This document shows, one piece after another, positions 18,980 through 27,526 of a stretch of 64,000 bases of DNA. This DNA is from Alphaproteobacteria bacterium (GTDB lineage Bacteria > Pseudomonadota > Alphaproteobacteria > Sphingomonadales > Sphingomonadaceae): contig JANPKK010000055.1 of assembly GCA_031426015.1 (NCBI GenBank), forward strand, positions 17,912-81,911. The letters run 5' to 3'. Positions within the stretch are counted from its first letter, which is position 1. Each line of letters starts with the position of its first letter. Below the pieces are notes generated by a model. That model worked only from the letters and a program-made list of their open reading frames with translations, searched no databases and was not told the DNA's origin. The position numbers were made by a program, and so were the translations under genes.

Positions 18980-20220
18980 CAGGAAGTGGCACCCTTCGAT
19001 AAATTGCAGTCCGCACAGGCCAGTTGGCCGTTGGCAACCGTTGTCTTACCGCCTTTGACGTGCGGTACGATATGGTCGGCATGCCAGTTATCCCAACCGA
19101 CTTTCACTCCATCGCACTTTATGGCGAGACGGCATTGCCCGCCATCCCGGCGATAGATCGCCAGCCGCTGTTCGTGGGAAAAGGTCCGGTTTGGGTCTGT
19201 CTGTTCAATGTTGGGGTAGGCTTCAAAAAAGCGCTTTTCGAGCAACTCCACCCGGCCCCGAATGCTTTCCTCGGTATCGGTGGATTGGCTTGTCAGGCGT
19301 TTGTATTCGACCAGCGAAACGTCTGCCAGGCCTTCGAAGTTGGTCAACGCGTCATTCCCGGCACGTTCGCCCTCAAACGCGATGAACCATGTAGCCAGGG
19401 GTGCTTGTAGCCCTTGCCAGACATAATTTTCGACTAGCTGCGAGGCTATCGCGTAAAGGCTTATCACGTTGTAGCGCGCTAGCTCTGGCGTTTTGTCAGG
19501 GAAGGCAGTTTTCAGAAATTCGAACACCCGGCGGACCTTTTTGGCCACCTTTCCGGCTGGATCGAAATCCGCATGATCTTGATACATTCGATTTAAATCG
19601 GCATCGCGGACGTTGGTAGGGCCGCCATTGATCTCGGTCAGGATCGTTTGGGCGGCAACATGATCGAACGCATAACGGGAATTGGCGAAGTTGCAGCTAT
19701 CAAAGAACGGGTGTCCCGCAGTCTGCCGGACAAAATCACGCATCTTGCCAGTCATGGCATTGCGCTTTTCCTGAGCCTTTAGCGTGGTGCCGTTCTGGAG
19801 CCGAAGGAACATGTCCCGTACTTCATCGTCAATTGCATCCATGATGATGACAACATCGAGTTGATATTCGTCAAATTTTTGCAAAATCTCGATAGGCAGT
19901 TGGGAATGCTTCAAGCCTGCGACCGTGAGACCGTCTATCGGGTCGGTATCCTTGGGCAGCGGAAACTCGTCTGCCTCAAATTCCCATATGGCGCGAAGCC
20001 GCTGCTGGCCATCGACCACCTCATACTGAATACCATCCGGCCTTGCGACCTTCCGCCAGTAGAATTTGGGAATGTCGTAATTTCGTAGGATGGTATCCAT
20101 CAACAATTGTTTTTGCTTGCGGGTCCATGCCGGGGGCCGCTGATAATCAGGCGTTGGATCAATACGGTTCTGCATCTTGCAAACTGTGGGGATTGCAAAC
20201 GGCTGCTTCTTCATTTCCAT
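18979..20220 (-). CDS. DUF262 (ParB-like NTPase) plus C-terminal HNH nuclease protein, GmrSD-like
   Basis: N-terminal DYQRPPAW ... VVDGQQRL motifs of DUF262. C-terminal His-Me finger HADHIVPHVKGGKTTVANGQLACADCNLSKG. GGGGG lies upstream of ATG 20220. Confidence 0.85.
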   Translation of the reverse strand: MEMKKQPFAIPTVCKMQNRIDPTPDYQRPPAWTRKQKQLLMDTILRNYDIPKFYWRKVARPDGIQYEVVDGQQRLRAIWEFEADEFPLPKDTDPIDGLTVAGLKHSQLPIEILQKFDEYQLDVVIIMDAIDDEVRDMFLRLQNGTTLKAQEKRNAMTGKMRDFVRQTAGHPFFDSCNFANSRYAFDHVAAQTILTEINGGPTNVRDADLNRMYQDHADFDPAGKVAKKVRRVFEFLKTAFPDKTPELARYNVISLYAIASQLVENYVWQGLQAPLATWFIAFEGERAGNDALTNFEGLADVSLVEYKRLTSQSTDTEESIRGRVELLEKRFFEAYPNIEQTDPNRTFSHEQRLAIYRRDGGQCRLAIKCDGVKVGWDNWHADHIVPHVKGGKTTVANGQLACADCNLSKGATS

Positions 20221-20333
20221 GTTCGATCGCCCCCGTCGAAGTTTCTCAAGCGGTTATTGCCTTTCGTCCGTCCGGGCGCAAACTCAAAGCTGCATCGGTC
20301 ACATGGGAACGGCAGTTGATGACCGAATGCCTA

Positions 20334-20564
20334 TCAGGCTTGCAAAGGCAGGGAGTCGGTTAAAGCGGCAACGTCGCATCTGAGGGCGATGCAGAGGCGG
20401 CATAGGACCGTAAACGTGACGTTGCGCTCCCCGCGCTCGACAGCGCCATAGTAGGATCGATCAACGTCCGCGACCAAGGCAAGCGCCTCCTGCGTCAGGC
20501 CGATGCTTTTTCGCTGCGCCCTGATTCTCTTGCCTAATTCGTGAAGGATTGCACCCTCGTCCAT
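20334..20564 (-). CDS. XRE-family HTH protein, RM controller (C-protein)-like
   Basis: 76 aa. IGLTQEALALVADVDRSYYGAVERGERNVTFTVLCRLCIAL matches the C-protein/XRE HTH pattern. It sits at the head of the restriction operon. Confidence 0.8.
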   Translation of the reverse strand: MDEGAILHELGKRIRAQRKSIGLTQEALALVADVDRSYYGAVERGERNVTFTVLCRLCIALRCDVAALTDSLPLQA

Positions 20565-20808
20565 CGGGCAGGATAGACAAGAAAAGATGACTTTCGGTCC
20601 ACGGGCTATTATGCCTCATTTGCTTCAACAGCGGTCGGAGAGGGGGTAGGGCATTGCATCGGTCAAAACAGTCCGATTCCCCAGAGCCGACGCTCAGCGG
20701 GCCTCTAAGTGGGCGCTGTGGGGCATTCGTCGGCATCGCATTGCTCGCGGCTGTTTCAAGTTGCACTGAAAACCCGCCTGCGGCCGACAGCAACGGGGAA
20801 CGCGGCGC

Positions 20809-21408
20809 ATGATTGGTAAGAGCGATTTTTACGCTATCGGCGGCCTGATTGTCGCAACGTTCCTGTTTTTGGCGGTCGGCAATTGGCCGTATGGCTATTA
20901 TCAATTCGTGAGAATTGCGACCTGTGGCTTTTCGATTGCGATAGTGCTTCGATCTGACCGACCTAGCGCAGGTGGTTGGCTTCTGTTTTCGGTGGCTGGG
21001 GCCATTTTGTTCAACCCAATTTTTCCGATCAGGATGGAGAAAGGCGATTGGGGTCTTGCCGATTTGGTGTTTGGAATCGGTTACGGCGCATACGGAATGC
21101 AATCGATGAGCCGGAGCATCGCTAAAGCAAGTTCGTTCCTAATCTGGATCGTGCTCGCAATCGTGATGAGCCTGACATTTTACGTCAATCACTACATGCC
21201 GCATGGTCCCTCTTACCCGACCGGCGACATTGTGTGCCAGAATGATGACCGGGGGCCATGCGGCGAGGAATACCGGGAAGATATGACCGGGTTAGACATT
21301 CCAGACTGGGCAAAAACTTTGCGGGAAAACTTTGCGGGCTTGGTCATGCTGCTGATTGTTGCCGGTATATGTGGGACCGCGATAGCAAAGGGCGATGACG
21401 CGGAGTGA
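20809..21408 (+). CDS. Hypothetical multi-pass membrane protein (island cargo)
   Basis: 199 aa with about 5-6 hydrophobic segments. Only one of two plus-strand genes in the island. No family recognised with confidence. Confidence 0.6.
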   Translation: MIGKSDFYAIGGLIVATFLFLAVGNWPYGYYQFVRIATCGFSIAIVLRSDRPSAGGWLLFSVAGAILFNPIFPIRMEKGDWGLADLVFGIGYGAYGMQSMSRSIAKASSFLIWIVLAIVMSLTFYVNHYMPHGPSYPTGDIVCQNDDRGPCGEEYREDMTGLDIPDWAKTLRENFAGLVMLLIVAGICGTAIAKGDDAE

Positions 21409-21509
21409 GTGCTGGCGAGCATCATGTGAACGCTTATGAGTTCCTATAAATGGTATCAGCACCCGTCCTACGGCAATTGCTGTATGTTCCTTCCTCTAAT
21501 CATATTGAT

Positions 21510-22994
21510 TCAATTGGCCTTCTTTAAGGAAGGCGTTCTTGCCAATCGTTGATAGTAAGCGTCAGTCATCAGCGCTTCCAATCTATCCTGTCGATCGATC
21601 GTGGTGATAAATGAGTCGTGCACTGACAGGACCGTCCAGCCTTCGGCCATCGCCGTTGACACGATTTCCAAGGCTATGTCGGACTCGATCCGCATCAGGT
21701 CCAACCCGGCCCCTGTCCGAAACGCCCCGGCTATTGGCTGGTGTAAGGCCTCGATGAAACCGACCATCTGCTTTACCGTGAGGTCTGGGGGCTTGATGAT
21801 TTTTTCCGGCAATTGCACGGCTTGGGGTCGCCCGCGGCCATTTATCAGAACCTGCATCAGCCATTTGACATAGGGGCGATAGGTCCGAGGCGCTTTGCCG
21901 GTTGCCGCCTCGTAGTCCGCAATCTCAGGCACGGTGTAGAGTTCGCCGTCGCCGTCCACGCCCGCCCGATGGTAAAGCATCCGGGGATGGCATTCTGCAT
22001 AGTCGATTTCCAACGTTGGTTGCCCATTGATCGTGATCGCCTTTCGTAGGCCTTCTTTCACCGACATCCACCAGCCGCCGAACAATCGCCCGCCTTTGTC
22101 AAACTTCGGATCGGCAGCGTCCCCGTCGTTGAAAACCCGATAAAGGTCCTTCTTGAACAATTCGGGCATTCGGTAGGGTGCCCCGGTTCGGTCGGGATTG
22201 TCGTTTTCAGCGGCTAACCAGAGGGCCAGGTCGTCGGGTGTCAGGCCAAATCCGATATTCTGTTGGCGGTAAAAGGCGTTGATCGCCGCTAGAGTCGCGA
22301 CCCATTCCAGTGTTTGCGCCGTTGGCTCGAACTTGATCGGCTTGCCCTTGTTGGGTTGAAATAATCCCCCCTTGTTCCAGTCATAGATGGGCGCCGGCTT
22401 CGGTGAAAAGAGCTGAACCAGTTCCGTTGGCTCATATCGATGATCGATGGATTTTGCCGAAAAACCGTATTCCGCCGCAATGCCTAACAGTTCGTCCGTA
22501 AGGCTGTAGGACGATGCCCAGGACGTCATCTCAGGCCCGTCATGCACCAATCCGCCGTTGATGGCCGTTACCAGCCCCGAACACGCCAAGCCATCCACAG
22601 CCCCGCCAAGAGCCCCGTGTCGCATCCATCCGGGCTTGTCCCTGTAGTGTTTCGAGTCCGCCCCTCGAAAATACAGGATCGATGGCAGTTTTCGATGCAA
22701 ATGCGCTCGCATCCCGTTGGCCAGCAACTTGCGTATTCGGGTTGTGTGGCTGGTTAGGTCTTTTGCCTTCCAAGCCCGGACCCGTGGATTGGCCTCATCG
22801 TAACGGATCAGAATGCGGGCCATGAAAGCCGCGCCAGCGGGATCGTGCAAATCAATATGTTCATCGAAGAAAGTGCCTTTGCCGGGAAGGATCGGCACCC
22901 GCGTCTTTTCGTCAGCTGCGACGGGTTCGACCTCCCCCGCGCCAATGGCAAAGTCGGCCAGAGGCCAAAGCCCCGGATCGCTGTCTAGGTCCAT
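21510..22994 (-). CDS. Hypothetical protein with family-A (Pol I / T7-like) polymerase palm-fingers motifs; putative island replicase
   Basis: Ordered motifs: DKGGRLF (res. 299-305), LEIDYAECHPRMLYH (D331), RPYVKWLMQVLINGRG (R373/K377) and LSVHDSF (H459/D460). The start lies 5 nt after the alpA-like stop. Confidence 0.55.
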   Translation of the reverse strand: MDLDSDPGLWPLADFAIGAGEVEPVAADEKTRVPILPGKGTFFDEHIDLHDPAGAAFMARILIRYDEANPRVRAWKAKDLTSHTTRIRKLLANGMRAHLHRKLPSILYFRGADSKHYRDKPGWMRHGALGGAVDGLACSGLVTAINGGLVHDGPEMTSWASSYSLTDELLGIAAEYGFSAKSIDHRYEPTELVQLFSPKPAPIYDWNKGGLFQPNKGKPIKFEPTAQTLEWVATLAAINAFYRQQNIGFGLTPDDLALWLAAENDNPDRTGAPYRMPELFKKDLYRVFNDGDAADPKFDKGGRLFGGWWMSVKEGLRKAITINGQPTLEIDYAECHPRMLYHRAGVDGDGELYTVPEIADYEAATGKAPRTYRPYVKWLMQVLINGRGRPQAVQLPEKIIKPPDLTVKQMVGFIEALHQPIAGAFRTGAGLDLMRIESDIALEIVSTAMAEGWTVLSVHDSFITTIDRQDRLEALMTDAYYQRLARTPSLKKAN

Positions 22995-22999
22995 CGCCG

Positions 23000-23200
23000 T
23001 TAGCCTTTGATCGCGGCGATGAAGGCTTCAACTTCATCCCGGACATATCGGGCGCAAGACCCGATGTAGCGGGGTTCAAGATCAAGGATGCAGGGTTGCC
23101 CGTGTCGGCGTCGATAGCGCTGGCCTCGAACCCAAGCCGGGGACATGTTCAGTATGCGGGCAATGTCTTTGTCTGAATAAAATTCAGCTATCGCGTTCAT
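23000..23200 (-). CDS. AlpA/excisionase-family HTH DNA-binding protein
   Basis: 66 aa. DIARILNMSPAWVRGQRYRRRHG is a typical AlpA/Xis-type HTH. It is positioned between the integrase and the replication-like gene, as in P4-type islands. Confidence 0.65.
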   Translation of the reverse strand: MNAIAEFYSDKDIARILNMSPAWVRGQRYRRRHGQPCILDLEPRYIGSCARYVRDEVEAFIAAIKG

Positions 23201-23464
23201 GGCAACCTCGCTTAACCGTCGATGGGATGGACGGTAAACGTTGGCCGCAACACTTCAGGGTCGCCGCCTTATCGGACCCCTTGACCTCCGAAGAGGCGGT
23301 TACGGTAGTCGCCTACGCATGAGACGTGCGAATGCCTCTGGTGACAGATAAGCCCGCTCGCTTCGTATTGCAAGCGCAAATCGTTAGATTCTTAGTTTGA
23401 AATCACACCCCGGGCGCGCAGCCCTCGCCAGCAACCGCCCTGCGATGTATGGATAGCGCACGGT

Positions 23465-23704
23465 ATGGAGACCACAATGCGTAAAAAGGAGCGGGAGACC
23501 CTCATTCGGGAGAAAGCAAGGGCGCTTGCGGCAACAGGTGATTTTAGCAGCTGGCTGATCATTGAGCAGCATTTGAGATTTAATCTTGGCTATCCCGAAG
23601 CCCGCCAAGTCTTAGAAGGCTACATCCGTGACGAGCTGCAAGAGACATGTGACCGGGCGCAGGCGCGAAAGAAAGCGCCGTCAGATGACTCGAATTTCGA
23701 TTGA
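23465..23704 (+). CDS. Hypothetical small protein (island)
   Basis: 79-aa ORF, charged and helical-looking. No family recognised. Confidence 0.35.
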   Translation: METTMRKKERETLIREKARALAATGDFSSWLIIEQHLRFNLGYPEARQVLEGYIRDELQETCDRAQARKKAPSDDSNFD

Positions 23705-23869
23705 AAAATCGCAATTGATCGAATTCTGGTGTTCGCAAGCTAAGCCGCGTTCACGGTGAATATCCCCTAGACTTTGCTAGACTGTCGTTCTGCCGATAGC
23801 CGAAGCGCGATTGGCCATTCCTTCATCGCTATCCTTCGGTTCCGGGCGCGGACAAAGGGACTCGTCCGC

Positions 23870-25111
23870 CTATGGCCTAGCTGCCGATGCCGGCGTTCCC
23901 GATGCACCGCGTTGTCCAAAACGCTCCGCCGCTTCTGCATCGCCCCGGTCAACCGCGTAGTGCCTGCCCAGCATGCTAAGGCCAGAGTGGCCCAGCCTGC
24001 CGGCAATCGCCTTTGGATCGATGCCTTCTTGCATAAGAATGGTGGCATGGGTTCGGCGAAGGTCGTGCAATTGCACATCTGGCAGGCCAGTTTCAGCCCA
24101 GAGGCGGGACAAGGACCGCTTTAGCGTCATCATCGAAACCGGAAACAATCGATCATCGTCCGGCGCCCGTTCCAGCTTGGACAATGCCTCTAGGATGGCC
24201 TCCATTTCGGGCGTGCAGCTGATGTGACGCGGCTTCGCTGTCTTTGTATGGATTACCTCAATCTGCGTTGCCCTGCCTTCCAGCGGCCTCACATTGCGCC
24301 ACGTCAGGGCGAGAATTTCCGCCCGCCGCATTCCCGAATTGTAAGCCCAGACGACGAAATGACGGAGCCAGCCACGGATTTGCTGCGGGACTTGTTCCTT
24401 CTTGGCGTCTTGCTTGGCTTCGATCCGCTCGGCGGTTTCTATGATCTTTTGCCACTCCGCCTCCGTGACGAACCTCTGTCGGGGCTCAATGCCCCTAACC
24501 TTGTCGGCATTCTGAACCGGGTTTCGTTCGATGACCCCATTCCGAACCGCATCATTCATGATCGCCTTGAATACCGCCAGATGGCGCATCACCGAAGATG
24601 GTTTCAGGTTGGCGCTTTGCTTGCCGATCCATCGATTCACATCACCCGGCGTGATTGCATCGAGCGGGAGTTTGCCAAATGTCGGGTTTAGAGCCGAACG
24701 GACGTTGCCCTGGGTGACGGCAAAGCCGCGATGTACAGCCTCCTTCTGTTCAAGCCATCCTTCCGCGTATTTTGCAAACGTCGGGACTTCGACCTCTTCC
24801 AGCGGGAGGCCTTTGTCTGCCAGCCCTTGCAACCTGTCACGCTCGGCAATCATTTCTGCCCAATCGAAGGAAGTTCGCCTTCCCAGCTTGATCTCCGTCG
24901 CTTTTCCCGGGGCAATGTGTTTGCCGCCGGATACCGCGCCGTGGGGACAGCGGATTTTGACCCAGACAGTGTAGTCTCGCGCGCCGCGAAACAGGCCGAT
25001 GCCGTGGAGGTATTCAGGCCGCTTGGCCATCACATCGGGAAGGCGAGCTTCGAAGGCTTCATATTCAGCATAGCGGCCTGGACGGCCAATCGGACGGCGT
25101 GGGGCTGGCAT
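23870..25111 (-). CDS. int: Tyrosine-type site-specific integrase
   Basis: C-terminal catalytic region HDLRRTHATILMQEGIDPKAIAGRLGHSGLSMLGRHYA (R...HxxR...Y). Its 5' end is 215 bp from attR. Confidence 0.95.
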   Translation of the reverse strand: MPAPRRPIGRPGRYAEYEAFEARLPDVMAKRPEYLHGIGLFRGARDYTVWVKIRCPHGAVSGGKHIAPGKATEIKLGRRTSFDWAEMIAERDRLQGLADKGLPLEEVEVPTFAKYAEGWLEQKEAVHRGFAVTQGNVRSALNPTFGKLPLDAITPGDVNRWIGKQSANLKPSSVMRHLAVFKAIMNDAVRNGVIERNPVQNADKVRGIEPRQRFVTEAEWQKIIETAERIEAKQDAKKEQVPQQIRGWLRHFVVWAYNSGMRRAEILALTWRNVRPLEGRATQIEVIHTKTAKPRHISCTPEMEAILEALSKLERAPDDDRLFPVSMMTLKRSLSRLWAETGLPDVQLHDLRRTHATILMQEGIDPKAIAGRLGHSGLSMLGRHYAVDRGDAEAAERFGQRGASGTPASAARP

Positions 25112-25325
25112 AAGGGCACCTTGACGATTGCTGTTGGTGGGGTGTTAGTGGGGAATAGCGCAAACGGTCGCTAAAATCACCTTAAATTTTACCCCACCAA
25201 ATCCCCACAGGAAACGTCAGTAAACCCTTGTAACGCTCAAAAACGATGAAAACTCATAGTTTTGTCAAACCTAAGAATTCCCGGAACTTAGGTAACGCCC
25301 ATAGCGTCAGAAAACATGTGAACAT

Positions 25326-25375
25326 ATCATTCGTAATGATGGGGTCAGGTGTTCGAGTCACCTAAGCGGCACCAT
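25326..25375 (+). repeat. attR: 50-bp direct repeat (partial tRNA-Thr copy)
   Basis: Identical to 14295-14344. It lacks the 5' third of the tRNA, so it is not a functional tRNA gene. Confidence 0.9.
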
Positions 25376-25441
25376 CCCTTTCACAAGGCAAATCCAAGCG
25401 TGGGACGGAAAAAGTTCCCGTCGGGTCGCGGCTGGGACGCC

Positions 25442-25653
25442 ATGCGGGTGCTTTGTGCGCTGAACGCGAGCGAACCGTCGCTAGTCCTTCTTATCGTCTC
25501 GCAATTGCACGGTCATCGGACGTAGGCGCGTTCCGGCCGGAGGACCTCGGGTGGCAGGTTCCAACGATGGTTATGCTGCTGTCGCTGCCGATGATCGGCC
25601 AGGCGCTCGCCGGTTTCGTTGCCGAAACCAGCGCGTTGATCGTCCGCGGCTGA
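25442..25653 (+). pseudogene. fliQ: Degraded fliQ remnant
   Basis: The 3' end encodes LPMIGQALAGFVAETSALIVRG, FliQ C-terminus-like, and stops 1 nt before the fliR ATG. An upstream FliQ-like TM piece (SLVLLIVSQ) is in another frame and stops early. Total length is too short for an intact ~88-aa FliQ. Confidence 0.45.
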
Positions 25654-25654
25654 C

Positions 25655-26407
25655 ATGGATGCCTTTCCCGCGCAGGCCAGCGCCTTCCTGCTGCTCTACG
25701 CGCGGCTTGGCGCCGTGGCGATGCTGCTGCCGCTGTTCGGCGAAGACGCCGTGCCGACGCGGATCCGGCTGCTGCTTGGATTGGGGCTGACCGCCGGGCT
25801 ATGGGGGCTGTTGTCGGCGCGGGTGCTGCCGGTTGCCGCCAATCCGGCGGCGCTGCCCGGGGCGTTGATCGCCGAGCTGCTTGTCGGGCTGGGGCTGGGC
25901 ATGGTCGTCAAGATCATGTTCCAGGCCGCCGCCATGGCAGGCTCGATCATCAGCCTGCAGATCGGGCTGAGTTCGGCCCTGATCAACGATCCCGCCCAGG
26001 GTGGCCAGGCGCCGCTGCTGTCGAAATTCGTCAGCATGGCGGCAACGCTCGTCTGCCTTGCCGCCGGCGTCCATCACCTGCGGATCGCTGCCATGGTCCA
26101 GTCCTATGCGCTGTTTCCGGTCGGCGCCTTGCCGCCGGCGGGCGATTTCGCGCAGCTGGCGATCGCCGTCACCGGCAAGGCGATGGCGCTGGCGGTGGCG
26201 CTGGCAGCGCCGATGCTGGTCTATGGCATCGTGCTCAACATCGCGCTCGGCATGGCGGTACGGCTGGCGCCGGCGATCCAGGTCTTTTTCATTGCCCAGC
26301 CGCTGACGATCATGCTCGGGCTGACGGTGGCCGCGATCACGCTGGGGCCGTTGCTGCTGGCGTTTTCCGCCGCGATGACGACCTGGCTGCAGACGACCCT
26401 GGCCTGA
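25655..26407 (+). CDS. fliR: Flagellar biosynthetic protein FliR
   Basis: 250-aa polytopic protein. N-terminus FLLLYARLGAVAMLLPLFGE is typical of FliR. It sits immediately upstream of flhB. Confidence 0.9.
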   Translation: MDAFPAQASAFLLLYARLGAVAMLLPLFGEDAVPTRIRLLLGLGLTAGLWGLLSARVLPVAANPAALPGALIAELLVGLGLGMVVKIMFQAAAMAGSIISLQIGLSSALINDPAQGGQAPLLSKFVSMAATLVCLAAGVHHLRIAAMVQSYALFPVGALPPAGDFAQLAIAVTGKAMALAVALAAPMLVYGIVLNIALGMAVRLAPAIQVFFIAQPLTIMLGLTVAAITLGPLLLAFSAAMTTWLQTTLA

Positions 26408-26410
26408 CCG

Positions 26411-27466
26411 GTGTCCGACGACAGCAAGACCGAAGAACCGACCGCCAAGAAGCTGTCCGACGCGCGCGAGAAGGGCGACGTGCCGATGGCGCCCGAAATG
26501 CGCCACGCCATCATGTTCGCCGCCGCGATCATCGTCGCCAGCGGGCTGGGTGCCATGACCCTGGCGCGCGCGACGCCGCTGCTGCTGCGTTTCTGGGGCC
26601 GTGCCGACGATGTCCGGCTCGATGCCAGCAGCGCCCAGGGCTTTTTCACCGGCGTGCTGCAGGCGGCGGCACTGGCGCTGGCGCCGTTGCTGGCCCTGCT
26701 GTTCGGCTTTGCCCTGCTGACGATGTTTTCGCAGGGGCTGCCGACGCTGTCGTGGAGCCGGGTCGGGGTCAAATGGTCGAAAGTCTCACCGGTGGCAGGC
26801 TTCGGCCGGCTGTTCAGCGTGCAGGCGGTTGTCGAGCTTGCCAAGACGGTGCTCAAGCTGATGGCGGTCATCACCATCGCCGCCATCGTCGTCATCCCTC
26901 AGGCGGTGGGCCTCGTCCAGATGATGAGCAGCGATCCCGGCAGCATCGGCAAGACGGCAACCACCATCGTCGCGATGATGGTCAAGGCGGTGCTCATTCT
27001 GGTTTTCGCCATTGCCGCCTTCGATTTCGTCTATCAGCGCTTCAGCTATTTCAAGCGCAAGCGCATGTCGAAACAGGAGATCAAGGACGAATACCGCCAG
27101 AGCGAAGGCGATCCGGCGATCAAGGCGCGGATCCGGTCGATCGGCATCCAGCGCGCGCGTCGCCGGATGATGGCCGCGGTACCGACCGCCAGCGTCGTCA
27201 TCACCAATCCCACCCATTTTGCCATTGCGCTGAAATACGATCACGGCGGCATGGCGGCGCCAGTCATCGTGGCCAAGGGCGCCGACGCGATCGCCCTGAA
27301 GATTCGCGAGGTCGCGCGCGCGGCCAATGTGCCGATCGTCGAAAGCCCGGCACTGGCGCGGGCGCTGTTCGCCAGCGTCGAGATCGGCCATCCCATATCG
27401 ACCGAGCATTACGCCGCGGTGGCCGAAATTATCGGCTATATCCTGCGCCTGGCCCGCCAGCGGTAA
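26411..27466 (+). CDS. flhB: Flagellar biosynthetic protein FlhB
   Basis: N-terminus SDDSKTEEPTAKKLSDAREKGDV, four TM segments, the autocleavage site NPTHFAIALKY and a C-terminal cytoplasmic domain. GTG start. Confidence 0.92.
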   Translation: MSDDSKTEEPTAKKLSDAREKGDVPMAPEMRHAIMFAAAIIVASGLGAMTLARATPLLLRFWGRADDVRLDASSAQGFFTGVLQAAALALAPLLALLFGFALLTMFSQGLPTLSWSRVGVKWSKVSPVAGFGRLFSVQAVVELAKTVLKLMAVITIAAIVVIPQAVGLVQMMSSDPGSIGKTATTIVAMMVKAVLILVFAIAAFDFVYQRFSYFKRKRMSKQEIKDEYRQSEGDPAIKARIRSIGIQRARRRMMAAVPTASVVITNPTHFAIALKYDHGGMAAPVIVAKGADAIALKIREVARAANVPIVESPALARALFASVEIGHPISTEHYAAVAEIIGYILRLARQR

Positions 27467-27526
27467 AGCGGACTGTCGCGGCAGCGTTGCCGCGGCCATG
27501 CCCGGCCGTGCCCGGCAAGGACAGGT

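Larger units (their letters stand above)
14295..25375. mobile_element. tRNA-Thr-integrated genomic island (~11 kb) with integrase, AlpA-like regulator, restriction operon and polymerase-like gene
   Basis: Perfect 50-bp direct repeats at both ends. A tyrosine integrase lies next to attR. The interior is visibly more A+T-rich than the flanks. Cargo genes are typical of mobile DNA. Confidence 0.85.
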
